NCBI GenBank assembly: GCA_964016885.1
Contig: OZ024745.1
Coordinates: forward strand, 25,730,001-25,794,000
Direction of reading: 5' to 3'
DNA from: Eledone cirrhosa
Lineage: Eukaryota
Length of the DNA: 64,000 nt
The notes below the pieces were generated by a model. The model was not told the origin of the DNA. It made no database searches and saw only the letters and a program-made list of their open reading frames with translations. Shown one piece after another: positions 13,801 to 26,285 of this stretch. Position numbers and translations under genes: made by a program. Numbering within the stretch: position 1 is the first letter of the stretch; every line of letters begins with the position of its first letter.

Positions 13801-14902
13801 TGTTTCTCACTTTGAGGTTGTGTTGGACAATTGTTTCTCACTTTGAGGGGTTGTGTTGGACAATTGTTTCTCACTTTGAGGGGTTGTGTTGGACAATTGT
13901 TTCTCACTTTGAGGGGTTGTGTTGGACAATTGTTTCTCACTTTGAGGTTGTGTTGTACAATTGTTTCTCACTTTGAGGTTGTGTTGGACAATTGTTTCTC
14001 ACTTTGAGGGGTTGTGTTGGACAATTGTTTCTCACTTTGAGGGGTTGTGTTGGACAATTTTTTCTCACTTTGAGGTTGTGTTGGACAATTGTTTCTCACT
14101 TTGAGGTTGTGTTGGACAATTGTTTCTCACTTTGAGGTTGTGTTGGACAATTGTTTCTCACTTTGAGGTTGTGTTGGAAATTGTTTCTCACTTTGAGGGG
14201 TTGTGTTGGACAATTGTTTCTCACTTTGAGGTTGTGTTGGACAATTGTTTCTCACTTTGAGGTTGTGTTGGACAATTGTTTCTCACTTTGAGGTTGTGTT
14301 GGACAATTGTTTCTCACTTTGAGGTTGTGTTGGACAATTGTTTCTCACTTTGAGGTTGTGTTGGACAATTGTTTCTCACTTTGAGGGGTTGTGTTGGACA
14401 ATTGTTTCTCACTTTGAGGTTGTGTTGGACAATTGTTTCTCACTTTGAGGGGTTGTGTTGGACAATTGTTTCTCACTTTGAGGTTGTGTTGGACAATTGT
14501 TTCTCACTTTGAGGGGTTGTGTTGGACAATTGTTTCTCACTTTGAGGTTGTGTTGGACAATTGTTTCTCACTTTGAGGGGTTGTGTTGGACAATTGTTTC
14601 TCACTTTGAGGTTGTGTTGGACAATTGTTTCTCACTTTGAGGTTGTGTTGGACAATTGTTTCTCACTTTGAGGGGTTGTGTTGGACAATTGTTTCTCACT
14701 TTGAGGTTGTGTTGGACAATTGTTTCTTACTTTGAGGGGTTGTGTTGGACAATTGTTTCTCACTTTGAGGTTGTGTTGGACAATTGTTTCTCACTTTGAG
14801 GGGTTGTGTTGGACAATTGTTTCTCACTTTGAGGTTGTGTTGGACAATTGTTTCTCACTTTGAGGGGTTGTGTTGGACAATTGTTTCTCACTTTGAGGTT
14901 GT
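10865..14902. repeat. 4-kb minisatellite, 31/33-bp unit GTTGTGTTGGACAATTGTTTCTCACTTTGAG(GG)
   Basis: Roughly 127 head-to-tail units, no spacers, two length variants. Confidence 0.98.
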
Positions 14903-14954
14903 CCTGAACTACTTAAATGTAAACGGTGTTAAATTCTTCAGTAACTATTATTTA

Positions 14955-15150
14955 ATGGTTTCTAAATTTGGCTCAAGAAACAAACAATTTGGCGGGGTAG
15001 CGGGAAGAAAATTCGATTATATCGATCCTAGTACTTCCTATTTTATCGACCTCGAAAGGATGAAAGGCAAAAGTGACCTCAACAGAATTTGAACTCAGAA
15101 TGTAAAGAGACAGAATAATTTACTGCCAAGTATTTCTTTGACTCTCCACC
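14955..15150 (-). mobile_element. diverged SINE family A
   Basis: ttttatcgacctcgaaaggatgaaaggcaaaagtgacc...atttgaactcag. Confidence 0.75.
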
Positions 15151-15296
15151 GCACTTTAATTTACCTGTAGTTTAATGAAATACTTCATGTTATATTTATG
15201 TTGTTAACTTTGTTAAAGCTTGTGATCGATATAAATGGGGGGGAAAACATAAGATAGCACTCAATCTAAGTGTAGTTCAGTAAATTAAATATAAGT

Positions 15297-15455
15297 CTTC
15301 TTCTTCCTCTTCTTTTTCTTCTTTTTCTTCTTCTTTGCCCTCTAAATCCTCCGAGAGGATCGTAGGGGTAGAGTGCTCAAACACTTCTTCCAGTGGGTCT
15401 TATCAGAAGCAACCGTTTCCATCTGATCTGGCTGGATCCCCAAGTAAGACCAGCA
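15297..15455 (-). mobile_element. RTE (Rex3/Expander-like) LINE 3' end
   Basis: Minus strand translates WSYLGIQPDQMETVASDKTHWKKCLSTLPLRS, followed by a (GAA)n tail. A related end lies at about 47020-47145. Confidence 0.65.
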
Positions 15456-15530
15456 TACGGCTGTGTTAGTGGTAGCTGTGACAACAGTTCAAATACTCTC
15501 ATGTGTGTTTATTATACATAAACATACTTG

Positions 15531-16050
15531 GACAGTGGATTGACAGTATCGATAGAGCGTCGGACAGCATGTTGTGTGGCATAGAGTTACGGCCCTTTAC
15601 ATTCTGTGTTCAAATCCCACCGAGGCTAGCGTTGCCTTTCAACCTTATGGAGTCGATAACATAAGGTACTGGTAGCGCACTGGGGTCGATTTAATCGACT
15701 TTAACGCCCCGAAATTGTTGTCTTAGTGCCTCAAGCAGAAATTACTATACATAAACATATTGTATATAGAGGGGGAGGGGTTGGTCTTTGCCATTCAAAT
15801 ATCTCTGGTTCATCATTTAATGTCTAATCAGGGCGGTGGATTGGCAGTATAGGTAGAGGGTCGGACGCCATGCTTTGCAACAAGAGTTACGGCCCTTCAT
15901 GATCTGAGTTCAAATCCCGCCGAGGTTAACTTTGCCTTTTATCCTTACGGGGGTCGATAAAATAAAGTACCAGTCACGCACTGGGGTCGATTAAATCAAC
16001 TTCCTCCTCCCCCAAAGTTGCTGTCCTTATGCCTATATAAGAAACCATCA
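15531..16050 (+). mobile_element. two SINE family A copies
   Basis: Copies at about 15531-15745 and 15831-16050 with A/B boxes. Confidence 0.85.
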
Positions 16051-16490
16051 TTTAATGTCTAATCATTGTTAATGAATATTGAAACACCGTTATCCCAATG
16101 ATAGGTAAAGGCCCGGATGGTGTGGGAAAAAGCTCTCTAGTGGGCAGAATCCCAGCTGCAATCAGTTACGTGGTCCCAGCGTACAGAATGGAGAAAGCGT
16201 TGAAATTGCCAGCCAAACCTTGTATATAAGTCCTGTAATAAGTTACTAGAAAATTAAATTATCTGAAAACAGGTTATCTTTCCTAGTGTTGATCAGTGCC
16301 GGATTTAGGACAAATAGCCCTGTGATAGTTAAGTTATGGGACCCCTTGGGTCCTGAAGGAGGTAAATAATTTTGTGAGAGGAAGATGAGACCCCCCCACC
16401 TCCCCACCCTCTCCTGGTGAACGAGGCACAATGGTAAATCTTAGAGTGCTGTTGATATTTGTGATATTAGAGCAAAGACTAATATTTAAT

Positions 16491-16875
16491 TGAATCAACT
16501 TTTGGCATAAGGCCAGCAATTATCTCAGTGCATTACTGGTACTTTATTTTTTCGACCCCGTAAGGATGAAAGGCAAAGTTAACCTTGGCGGGATTTGAAC
16601 TCAGAATGGCAAGGGCCATAACTCTATACATCAAAGCATGGCGCCCGACCCTCTACCGATACTGCCAATCCACCGCTCTTAAAACTCTAATATTTAATTG
16701 CTTCTACTTTCGGCACAAGGCCAGCAATTACCCAGTACATTACTGGTACTTTATTTTATCGACCCCGTATGGATGAAAGGCAAAGTTAACCTCGGCGGGA
16801 TTTGAACTCAGATCATAAAGGGGCGTAACTATGCTGGAAAGCATGTCCGACCTTCTACCGATACTGCCAATCTCC
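16491..16875 (-). mobile_element. two tandem SINE family A copies sharing a target motif
   Basis: aatatttaat at 16481, 16689 and 16876 brackets both copies. Confidence 0.88.
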
Positions 16876-17190
16876 AATATTTAATGTGATGCAATCATAG
16901 TGTTCAAAGAAATCCGGACTATAGGTAATAAACGACTTTATTTTGAATCACGCGGTGTTAGTGCTACCGCTAATTACTACACATATTAACCTGTATGTTA
17001 TCAAGTTTTACATCTTTGCCCTAAATAATGAAGAAGCTCATGTGACTGTAGAGACTGATACATACATCTATATATCCATGTGTGTGTGTGTATGTATGTG
17101 TGTGTTTGTATGTATGTGTGTTTGTGAAGGCAGAATGAACGTGTACAGCGGTGATTTGATCGTTTTCAATGAACATTCCTGAGAAATATC

Positions 17191-17276
17191 TACTACTACT
17201 ACTACTACTACTACTACTATTACTACTACTACTACTACTACTAATACTGCTGCTGCTGCTACCGGTGCTGTTGCTG

Positions 17277-17308
<32 letters not shown>

Positions 17309-17330
17309 ATTGCTGCTCCCGCTTCCGCCA
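17191..17330. repeat. (CTA)n/(CTG)n microsatellite
   Basis: Direct inspection. Confidence 0.95.
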
Positions 17331-17389
17331 ATGCTATTTTCATTCATCCATTATCTGCGGTCACAATCCAGCAAAGGACCCTCTTCATA

Positions 17390-17560
17390 GCCCCTGACCT
17401 GCTAGAAATAGCAGTCAAATGTTCCTTAAATTGTACCTTTGCTGTAGGAAACTAAAAACGTCTCATTGAATAATGTAATCCTAGATACACACACACAGAC
17501 AAGACAAAAATATGTATTGATCTGCTGAAACATGACTGACCTAGGGCTAAATAACAACAA
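17390..17560. repeat. dispersed repeat with core GACCTGCTAGAAATAGCAG
   Basis: The motif recurs at about 3005, 8545, 18850, 29300, 36280 and 37845, and reversed at about 51150, 51340 and 63015. Confidence 0.65.
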
Positions 17561-17718
17561 CCAGCTGTAGTAACCCACTCTTAATCTCTACCCATCCATT
17601 CCTTTCTACCTATTATTCCCAACAACCAACGGGTAAGGCATTTAGTTTTGATGGAGATATGGTTATATCTCCATCAAAGCTACATTCTGTTGTCCCGGGA
17701 GAGGAATGGGCATATTGG

Positions 17719-17766
<48 letters not shown>

Positions 17767-18047
17767 CTCTTTTACCTGTTCCAGCCACCCGGCTGAGGCC
17801 ATACTGGGGCCATGCTGTGGCAGCGCCCTTGAAATATATATATATATATATGCACACACACTCGAAAGCGATGTATCTCCTTAGCTATATACAGACAGTA
17901 AAAGGAAAGTGTGTAAAACTGAAAGAAAACGAAAATATAAGGTACCTCATTTTTTTGTTATAAATCTTTGCCTTTTGATTTTTTTATCCCTAAATTTGTT
18001 TTAAAAAAAAAAAAAAAAAATTCTCCCGAATCATTTATGTTTTTTTG

Positions 18048-18525
18048 TTTGTGGTGTGTTGTGGTGTGTTTGGTGTGTTGCGGTATGTTTTGGTGTGTTG
18101 TGGTGTATTTTGATGTGTTGCGGTATGTTTTGGTGTGTTGTGGTGTGTTGTGATGTGTTGTGGTGTGTTGTGATGTTTTGTGGTGTGTTGTATGCTGTGG
18201 TGTGCTGATGTCTGTTGTGGTGTGTTGTAGTATGCTGTGGTGTGTTGATGTCTGTTGTGGTGTGTTGTGATGTGATGTGGTGTGTTGTGTGTTGTGGTGT
18301 GTTGTGTTGTGGTGCTATGTGTTGTGGTGTGTTGTATATTGTGGTGTGTTATGTGTTGTGGTGTGTAGTGGTATGTTGTGTTGTGTTGTGATATGTTGTG
18401 GTGTGTTGTGGTATGTTTTAGTGTGTAGTGGTATGTTGTGGTGTGTAGTGGTATGCTGTGGTGTGTTGTGATATGTTGTGGTGTGTTGTGGTATGTTGTG
18501 GTGTGTTGTGGTATGTTTTAGTGTG
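18048..18525. repeat. degenerate 5/10-bp satellite (TGTTGTGGTG)n
   Basis: Direct inspection. Confidence 0.92.
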
Positions 18526-19086
18526 CTTCACATAACAATCAATGGCCGCCCACCAATAAATCAGCTGAACATCACGAGGAAGTCGGTTGATCTAAGAAAA
18601 GTAAGAATCTTGTCTAAGGTTACGATATGATTTTCAACTTTGTATTCCGTTTCATATAATAGTTTGCCATTTTATATACCTAAAGCGAAACACCTTACAC
18701 TCTTGGATATGTGCAATACTCACGACTGGACTGGCTTTGAGCAGAGTTGTACTCGGTTGATCAGAGTTGTTTTGGCGCTAAACAACAATAGCACTGTCAC
18801 TTTTATGACAACTATCGCATCAGCGTGGAAAACATAACACGGCCGTTCTACCTGCTAGAAATAGGTGTCAGATCCCCCTCAAATTAAAACAACAAACAAA
18901 CACAGGTTCGCTGTGTGGTTACAGAGTTCATTTCGTAACTAAGTCGTTCTAGGTTCCTTTCCGCAGCATGGAATCTTGGACAAGTGTCTTCTACTATAGT
19001 GTCTGGTTGACTAACAATGCCTTGTGAGTCAAATTTAGTAGATAGAAAGTGCAGAAGCCCGTATGTGTACACACGTACACACACAG

Positions 19087-19127
<41 letters not shown>

Positions 19128-19197
19128 ATATATATGTGTGTGACTCCCGGGTTCAATCGGAGGTAACCTCAGTTAGTAAGGTACTCAATACATACTA

Positions 19198-19268
<71 letters not shown>

Positions 19269-19291
19269 GTGTGTGTGTGTGTTGTATGTAC

Positions 19292-19355
<64 letters not shown>

Positions 19356-19477
19356 TTTTCATTCTGTGCTTCTGTATTCTCTCCCCCCTTCACTAACTCA
19401 TACATACTACGTTAAGTGAATGAATCATAGTTTCCTCTTACTATGTAAGTTATGCAGCAGCTGCAGTAATCCCTCCC

Positions 19478-19513
<36 letters not shown>

Positions 19514-19729
19514 GCCATCACTATCTCAGTATAGTGTACATCATTTACTTGATTTACTTGTCTGCATCACAGTCAACGACACGAGACTTTTGTTGTTGTT
19601 TAGCGAACAGCTCACACCCGCGTGACGGAAAACGCTGTGTGTGTGTATATATATATATATATATTGTGTATATATATATATATATATATTGTGTGTATAT
19701 ATATATATATATTGTGTATATATATATAT

Positions 19730-19792
<63 letters not shown>

Positions 19793-19862
19793 GTACACAC
19801 AATTCACTTTTCTCATGACCCTCGAGGGTCGTGGGGTCGCTACTTTGCAGCGTATCTTGTGG

Positions 19863-19901
<39 letters not shown>

Positions 19902-19909
19902 ACAATAAT

Positions 19910-19941
<32 letters not shown>

Positions 19942-20155
19942 CTACCTACCTACATACATATCTGTTTGGACTGCGGCCATACTGGGACTCCTCCGCCTAC
20001 AAATACTTAGTCAATAGTATTGAATGTTGACATACACAGATTTGATCAAACTCTAAGTGGAATCACTACATGGCTTTGTAGATAGATGGAAAACAAACAT
20101 ATGCACCGACATAGGTACTCTCTGTCTCTCTGCTCCCCATATTTAAACATAGACA

Positions 20156-20221
<66 letters not shown>

Positions 20222-20318
20222 AACAGGAAAGGCGCTGATCATCAGATCGGATAGAAAACTAAACCTTGCTTCCATTGATGATACTATCAATCTGTTGTAA
20301 CTCCTAGAAGAAGGAACG

Positions 20319-20354
<36 letters not shown>

Positions 20355-20698
20355 CGCGCGCGCGGGTGTTTATATTTAGACGTATATAAGAAATTTAGAT
20401 AGTTCAACGCAGATGTATATAATAATAGTCGATCACTAAATATCAATTGAAAAACATCGGCAACAAAGGTGCCTACCAACACACACACACACACACACAT
20501 ACACACACACACACACGCGTACATATGATATATTTCTGGAAACAACGTTAAGGGAGACAGTAAGACCTATTTTTGGATTGCTTTACTAGGAATCTACCCA
20601 TAGAGAAAGATGCTAGTGAAGTCTTCTTATTTTAGATTGCTTTGCTGGGAACCTACCCCTCAGTGGCTTTGTATAAGTTACTCTCTTTCTCTCTCTCT

Positions 20699-20736
<38 letters not shown>

Positions 20737-20859
20737 GGAAAGAGAGAGAGAGAAAAAGTACTACGTTGAATGATAGTTTAACTGGTTTCTCAACTCATCT
20801 ATCTCTCTATCTATCTAATTATGTATGTATGCATATATATATACACACATATATATATA

Positions 20860-20912
<53 letters not shown>

Positions 20913-21292
20913 GTATATATGTACTCGCGCGCGCACACACTCATACACTCACAAACAGAGAATTTTAAATGACGTCTAAGGCTTATACTGGAGCACCGAC
21001 TTGTATATTTACACAGCGATACGTGAGGTATAATACACTAGATTGGACTACCGAGCTGTCAAACAGAAATGTGTGTAGCCTCTAAGGTAATGGAAATAGT
21101 TTTTCTTACAGATTTCTTTTGTTTGTTTCTTAGTTGTTTTCGATCACGGCTACTGGCAAAGAAGAACAAAAAAAAATGTCTTTATGTAATATTTTATTCC
21201 TCAGTTCATTTCATTACATGCTCTCTCTCTCTCTATACACGCACACACATAATATTATATATATATATATTTGTCTCTTTCTCCCTGTTTTC

Positions 21293-21324
<32 letters not shown>

Positions 21325-21331
21325 GTATATA

Positions 21332-21367
<36 letters not shown>

Positions 21368-21841
21368 GTTCTGACATAATTACGTAATTATATATATATA
21401 TATATGTATGTGTGTGTCGGGTTCTGTCGTCCCCCCCCTCCTCCTCAGTCATGTTTCCCGTGTAAATATGTTGTTTAGCATAAAAAAGATTCTCAACCAT
21501 TTCTGTGTGTTGAAGTGTCAAATATAATGATGGAAGCGCGCTTCCACGTGAAAAAAACTATAATTTATTCATATAATATATATATATATATATATTTATT
21601 AAAATAACAGATTAAAGTTTTAAATATTTGCTCTACGGTTCATATATATTTATCCTTATCGAGCCCTCTTTGGATTTTAGTCTTCAAATTTATTATTATT
21701 ACTATATATATATAGTCTATAGGTTAATTTTAATCACGGCTTTCTGTTTAACCATCAGAAGATCCCGTATAGTGTGAAAGCCGAAATTCTTTGTTTTTTT
21801 TTTAATCTGTACTAATATATATATATATACATATATACACA

Positions 21842-21953
21842 CAGGATGCCCCCCCCCCCCCAAAAAAAAATGTACACACACTTTGATTACCTGTACAGGG
21901 AGTATTCATTAAAATGCTGTTGAGGTGTGTATACATTTTTTGGGAGCACCCTG
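21842..21953. mobile_element. Tc1/mariner-type MITE
   Basis: Same family as 786-866. Confidence 0.65.
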
Positions 21954-21995
21954 TATATATATATATATATATATATATTTATAAACACACACTTT

Positions 21996-22043
21996 CTGAA
22001 GAATGAAGTAAAATCAACTTCAGGAAACTCCGAGTCTCTACAT
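21996..22043 (+). ncRNA. hammerhead ribozyme motif lacking the 5' strand of stem I
   Basis: CTGAAGA-a-tgaagt/acttca-g-GAAA-ctccgag-TC. Stems II and III pair but stem I does not. Confidence 0.5.
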
Positions 22044-22083
22044 AATATATATATACATACATTTTATATATATATATATATAT

Positions 22084-22285
22084 AATTGTTTCTACTTTTG
22101 GTACAAGGCCAACAATCATCCAATGTATTACTGGTACTTTATTCTATCGACCCCGTAAGGATGAAAGGCAAAGTTAACCTCGGCGGGATTAACTTTGCCT
22201 TTCATCCTTACGGGGTCGATAAAATAAAGTACCAGTAATGCACTGGGATAGTTGCTGGCATTGTGCCAAAATTAGAAACAATTAT
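22084..22285. mobile_element. head-to-head pair of 5'-truncated SINE A copies (palindrome)
   Basis: Both 3' tails point outward into (TA)n. Junction at about 22190. Confidence 0.9.
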
Positions 22286-22896
22286 AATATATATATATAT
22301 ATAATGGTGTTGATTACGTTCCTCATTCTATCCCGCGTTCCCTTTTTTCCTTTTTCCCCTTCCACCTTCTTGCTGTCGAACCTTGCTGTTGTGATCATTG
22401 TCTAACAACACAGCGTTATCTCTGATCGAACAGACCCCCCCCCCCCCCCACGAAAATCTCTCTTCCTGTCCTGACCATTTCGTCTTTTTTTGTATATCAT
22501 TGTTCATTGTGTTAAATCTTTCATTTAAACTGGTATTGTTTGAGGGAAATATAACTACCATTTCTAACCTCGGTATGCATTCCAATACAGTTTAAATGTA
22601 ATGTAAATACAAGTTTTGGTTCAATGCGCAGTTTTAACATTCATATATTTTAGATACGTCCTAGTTACACGAGACGGCAGACACAGACACACACACACAC
22701 AGAAACACACAGACACACACCACACAAGCACACACACATAGTAAATAGCTTTAATGTTTATATTCAAGTTAGTCCAGATGGGGCAGACCAACGATAAAGA
22801 CATTCTAACCGTGACAATCTCGTTTTAATATCCGTGTCTCTTCATACTTTGTCTATCATTCCCTCTTCTCTCTCTCTGTATAATCACCAAGTTTAA

Positions 22897-23005
22897 TATA
22901 GAAATGGCTTCTACAAGACTAGAATTGTTTCAACCAAAAGAAATCATAATTTCCTGATGAGTATTTTGAATGAAACAGTTACAGTCCTGTAGAAGCCATT
23001 TCTAT
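22897..23005. mobile_element. small palindromic PLE-like element with a hammerhead-like core
   Basis: Arms atagaaatggcttctacaagact / agtcctgtagaagccatttctat, with CTGATGA...GAAA at 22954-22975. Relatives at about 24710-24800 and 56674-56725. Confidence 0.5.
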
Positions 23006-23166
23006 TTTAAATTTGATGTTTACACTCTGTATTGAACCCCACACACACGCACGTATATTATATATATATATATGTGTGTTTGGATATACATATATTATAT
23101 ATATATATATATATATATAATTATACCACTTACTATATTTAAATATATATTTGCATAACATAACTT

Positions 23167-23198
<32 letters not shown>

Positions 23199-23280
23199 CG
23201 TGGGTGTATATTATATATATAAGAAAATGAGGGTTTAAAACAAAAAGAAAAAAAAACAGATATCCTACTCGGGTGAAAAT

Positions 23281-23571
23281 ATAAAGGAAAAGAAATTGAA
23301 AATGCAACTGGAGTCTTTTAAGAATATTTATTTATTTACTCCACCGGTTTCACAGTTCTTATGATTTTCAAAAGTAAAATTGAGATGGAGGGTTTGTGGT
23401 TTTGTTGTGGTTTGTGGTTTTGTTGTATCTGAGACAAACCACAAGAAAAACACAAAAACCCTCCATTTCAATTTTACTTTTGAAAATCATAAGAACTGTG
23501 AAACCGGTGAAGTAAATAAATAGATATTCTTAAAAGATTCCAGTTGCATTTTCAATTTCTTTTCCTTGTAT
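23281..23571. mobile_element. ~290-bp palindromic PLE-like element, each arm with a degenerate U3-A8 hammerhead
   Basis: Arms of about 130 bp. tttactt-TTGAAAA-..-GAAA-ccgg-TG-aagtaaa at 23473-23516(+), mirrored at 23335-23378(-). Confidence 0.7.
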
Positions 23572-24326
23572 TATATATATATATATATATATAGAATTGT
23601 CTAAAGCTAAAATCTAATGATACACCTGACTGATACATTTATATTCTATTGTCTGCCACTAAATCTCACGAATCCAGTCAATTTCTTTTTTTAATATATT
23701 TATTTTTTTTGTATTGATTAATAATTTCTTTGTATTATATTTAATTTTGATTTTATTTTCATGATTTTATACTTTATAATCATACCATATATTAGTATAT
23801 ATATTAGTATTGAATTCTTATAAAATTCAAAATATAATCAAGTTTAACAATATTATGTTAGTTGTGAGAGCAGCTATTGTATGTATGTATGTATGTAAAG
23901 ACACGTTGATTAGTTGTTACCGTGCTCGTCTCAGGGTTGTAAGGTGGCGAATTCAATTCGCGGCGGCACGTTGTGTACTTGAGCAAGGATCAACTGGAGC
24001 ATTCGTCGTCAGAATCGACGGAGGTCCAACACGCATATGTATACACACACGCATATATGGCCAGAGGAAATTGCTTACTAAAGAATAAATGTGAAGGAAT
24101 CTGGTGGCGGTTTTGACCAATAATATCTCACTCAATGGAATCCCCTGAATTACAAGTACACCCCTATTTGAGGTCCTCCACCCTGTACAGTTTCCTCATA
24201 CGTAATTTCCTTCCGAAGGCCTCTCGCTTGACCCTATCAAACTGTAGGAGACACTTATTCAAAGTGTTGCTCAAGACCTCATGATTACTAAGCGAACTTT
24301 TTAACCACTCGACCATACCCACGCCC

Positions 24327-24363
<37 letters not shown>

Positions 24364-24513
24364 AGTACTGAGTAATTGTCATGTGACTTTTTTGAAAGAA
24401 TCCCCACCCCCGCAAAGTTCACATTTCCTTTAAAATAAATTCTTAGTGCTGATCCGTTGTTAATAGTTCACCATTAAAATCTCTCTATATAATATATGTA
24501 CACCCACTCTATA

Positions 24514-24693
24514 CGAGGGACGGTTGAAAAATTCATAGGATAACTAGAGCTGCGAAATTCTGCATGCATTAATTTCAACTCTTCGCATTAATAACTGCAT
24601 TGTTTCTTTCCAAGGACTGTTGAAAAATAAACCTCATTTAGTCATTCCGTGAGAATATCTTGGTCAGCCTATTAACTTTTCAGCCGACCCTCA
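24514..24693. mobile_element. mariner-type MITE
   Basis: TA-cgagggacggttgaaaa...ttttcagccgaccctca-TA. Confidence 0.82.
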
Positions 24694-25044
24694 TATATTT
24701 ATTTTTCAGATTGAAATGACTTCTACAAGACTAGGGCCTATTTTATTTGGTTGACATCACTCCGAATTAAATAGCAGTAATTCTGTAAAAGTCATTTCTA
24801 TTTGAAATAAATTCTATACCATCTCTATTTGGTGTATTGAGTACTCTTTAACTATTTAAATAAATTGCTTCACTTTTGTTCGAGTCTATTGAATTCAGCA
24901 TCTGTGATTGACAATATATAGGACTCAAGGGTCCAAACTAGTTGAGCTGAATTATATGGGTTTCCTCATGGGCAAATGAATAAATATAAATACACGCCGA
25001 TATATTGTATTGAATCTATTATTTTACTTCTATATCCTTGTGTA

Positions 25045-25352
25045 AAGAGTCGAATTTAATGAGGATTGGGGGGGGGGATATTACCGCGGGGCCCCTGCAG
25101 TGGAGGCCCCAGCAGCGACGGCCGAAGCAATTTATTTGTGACCTCAGCTGTGCTTTTTAGTTTTAGGATGGTTAGAAATTTTGAATTTAATACCTGTATA
25201 TCTAAATTTTCAATCACAGTATCTTGCGCCAAGCTAGTATTGATATGTACATTTTTGGATTTGCTGTGTATACTATATATATTTTTTTAGTATGAGGGCT
25301 CCCCCCAAAACCTGGAGTGCCCCGGGCGCCCTAAGGTCTGAATCCAACCTTG
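25045..25352. mobile_element. hAT MITE (CAGGGCCGGATT-type, degenerate)
   Basis: TSD cttgtgta / cttatgta. Interior shared with 42886-43182. Confidence 0.7.
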
Positions 25353-25769
25353 CTTATGTACTAATATAGATATTTAGCTCATGCCCACATATGTAGGTTT
25401 ATAGCCACCCATCATAATCTTGCTTTCTCATCTACGGACTTCACTTTTTAATCTACGAATCACTATGATCTATTAATTTCCATTTAAGTAGCCGTGTGTG
25501 TCCGAGAACCCTCATATACACACGCACTCCAAACAGGCGCGATTTATGCACTATAGCTCTCCCCTGTAGATATTAATGCGTGCACGCACGCACGCACGCA
25601 CATGCACACGCACACACACAGATTGCCTCCTCTATGTATTGATGTACACACATACACACATGCATACTCACACATCGACCACACACAAATATATTGACAA
25701 ACTGAGTTAGCAATTCGGTTTCGATCTTCAGTTAAAGCTAATTCGTTAAAACTACGTTGTTAATTGCAC

Positions 25770-26285
25770 AGACACGTGTATCCTTAACATAGTTCTCAGG
25801 AAGATTTAGTATAACACAATATATGACAAGGCTAGCCCTTTCAATTACAGGTATAGTTCATCTTGTATTACCGTGTAGGTGACTGAGCATTCCAAAGACA
25901 CGTGTACCTGTAACATAGTTCTCAGGAAGATATACGCTGCCCCTTTAAATTACAGGTATTCATACCCAATATCTTATACGTAACGTGGACGTAGTATGGT
26001 TGAATGGTTAAGAGGTTCGCAATCATAAGGACCAGTGTTCGATCCCATTCCGTGGCATATTAGGCAAGTGTCGTTTAACACAGCCTCGGATCCATGCCTT
26101 GTGAGTTATATTGGGTAGACGGTAACTGCTTGAAAACCCAGATTTCAAAGGACTATATCACGCTGAAAATCCATGGGAATTGCGTTAAGTGTACACGTGA
26201 TTGTGGAATGTTTAGCCATGTACAGGATAATTCCATGAACAGGTTGTCCGATGATCGAGCCACTCGAAAGAGACAGAGATCCATC
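25770..26285. repeat. cluster of older SINE-like repeat fragments
   Basis: The motif gacacgtgta..taac.tagttctcagg..gatt recurs at 25771, 25897, 40950 and about 49990, and reversed at about 26170 and 63670. Confidence 0.6.

Noticed and set aside
10865-14902. CRISPR-like array (31-bp repeats with an internal palindrome)
   Set aside because: Units are head-to-tail with no unique spacers, there are no cas genes, and the context is eukaryotic.
16098-16229. Short ORF with a Walker A-like GPDGVGKSSLV
   Set aside because: There is an upstream in-frame stop, no hydrophobic strand before the loop, no convincing splice sites and no other NTPase motifs. Probably chance.
17021-17390. Poly-Ser/Leu/Val ORFs
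   Set aside because: Trinucleotide microsatellite.
21730-21795. CAGAAGA...GAAA motif (also 8450-8490, minus strand) as a type I/III hammerhead
   Set aside because: U4 is replaced and stems I/III cannot be registered canonically. Left as an unclassified repeat.
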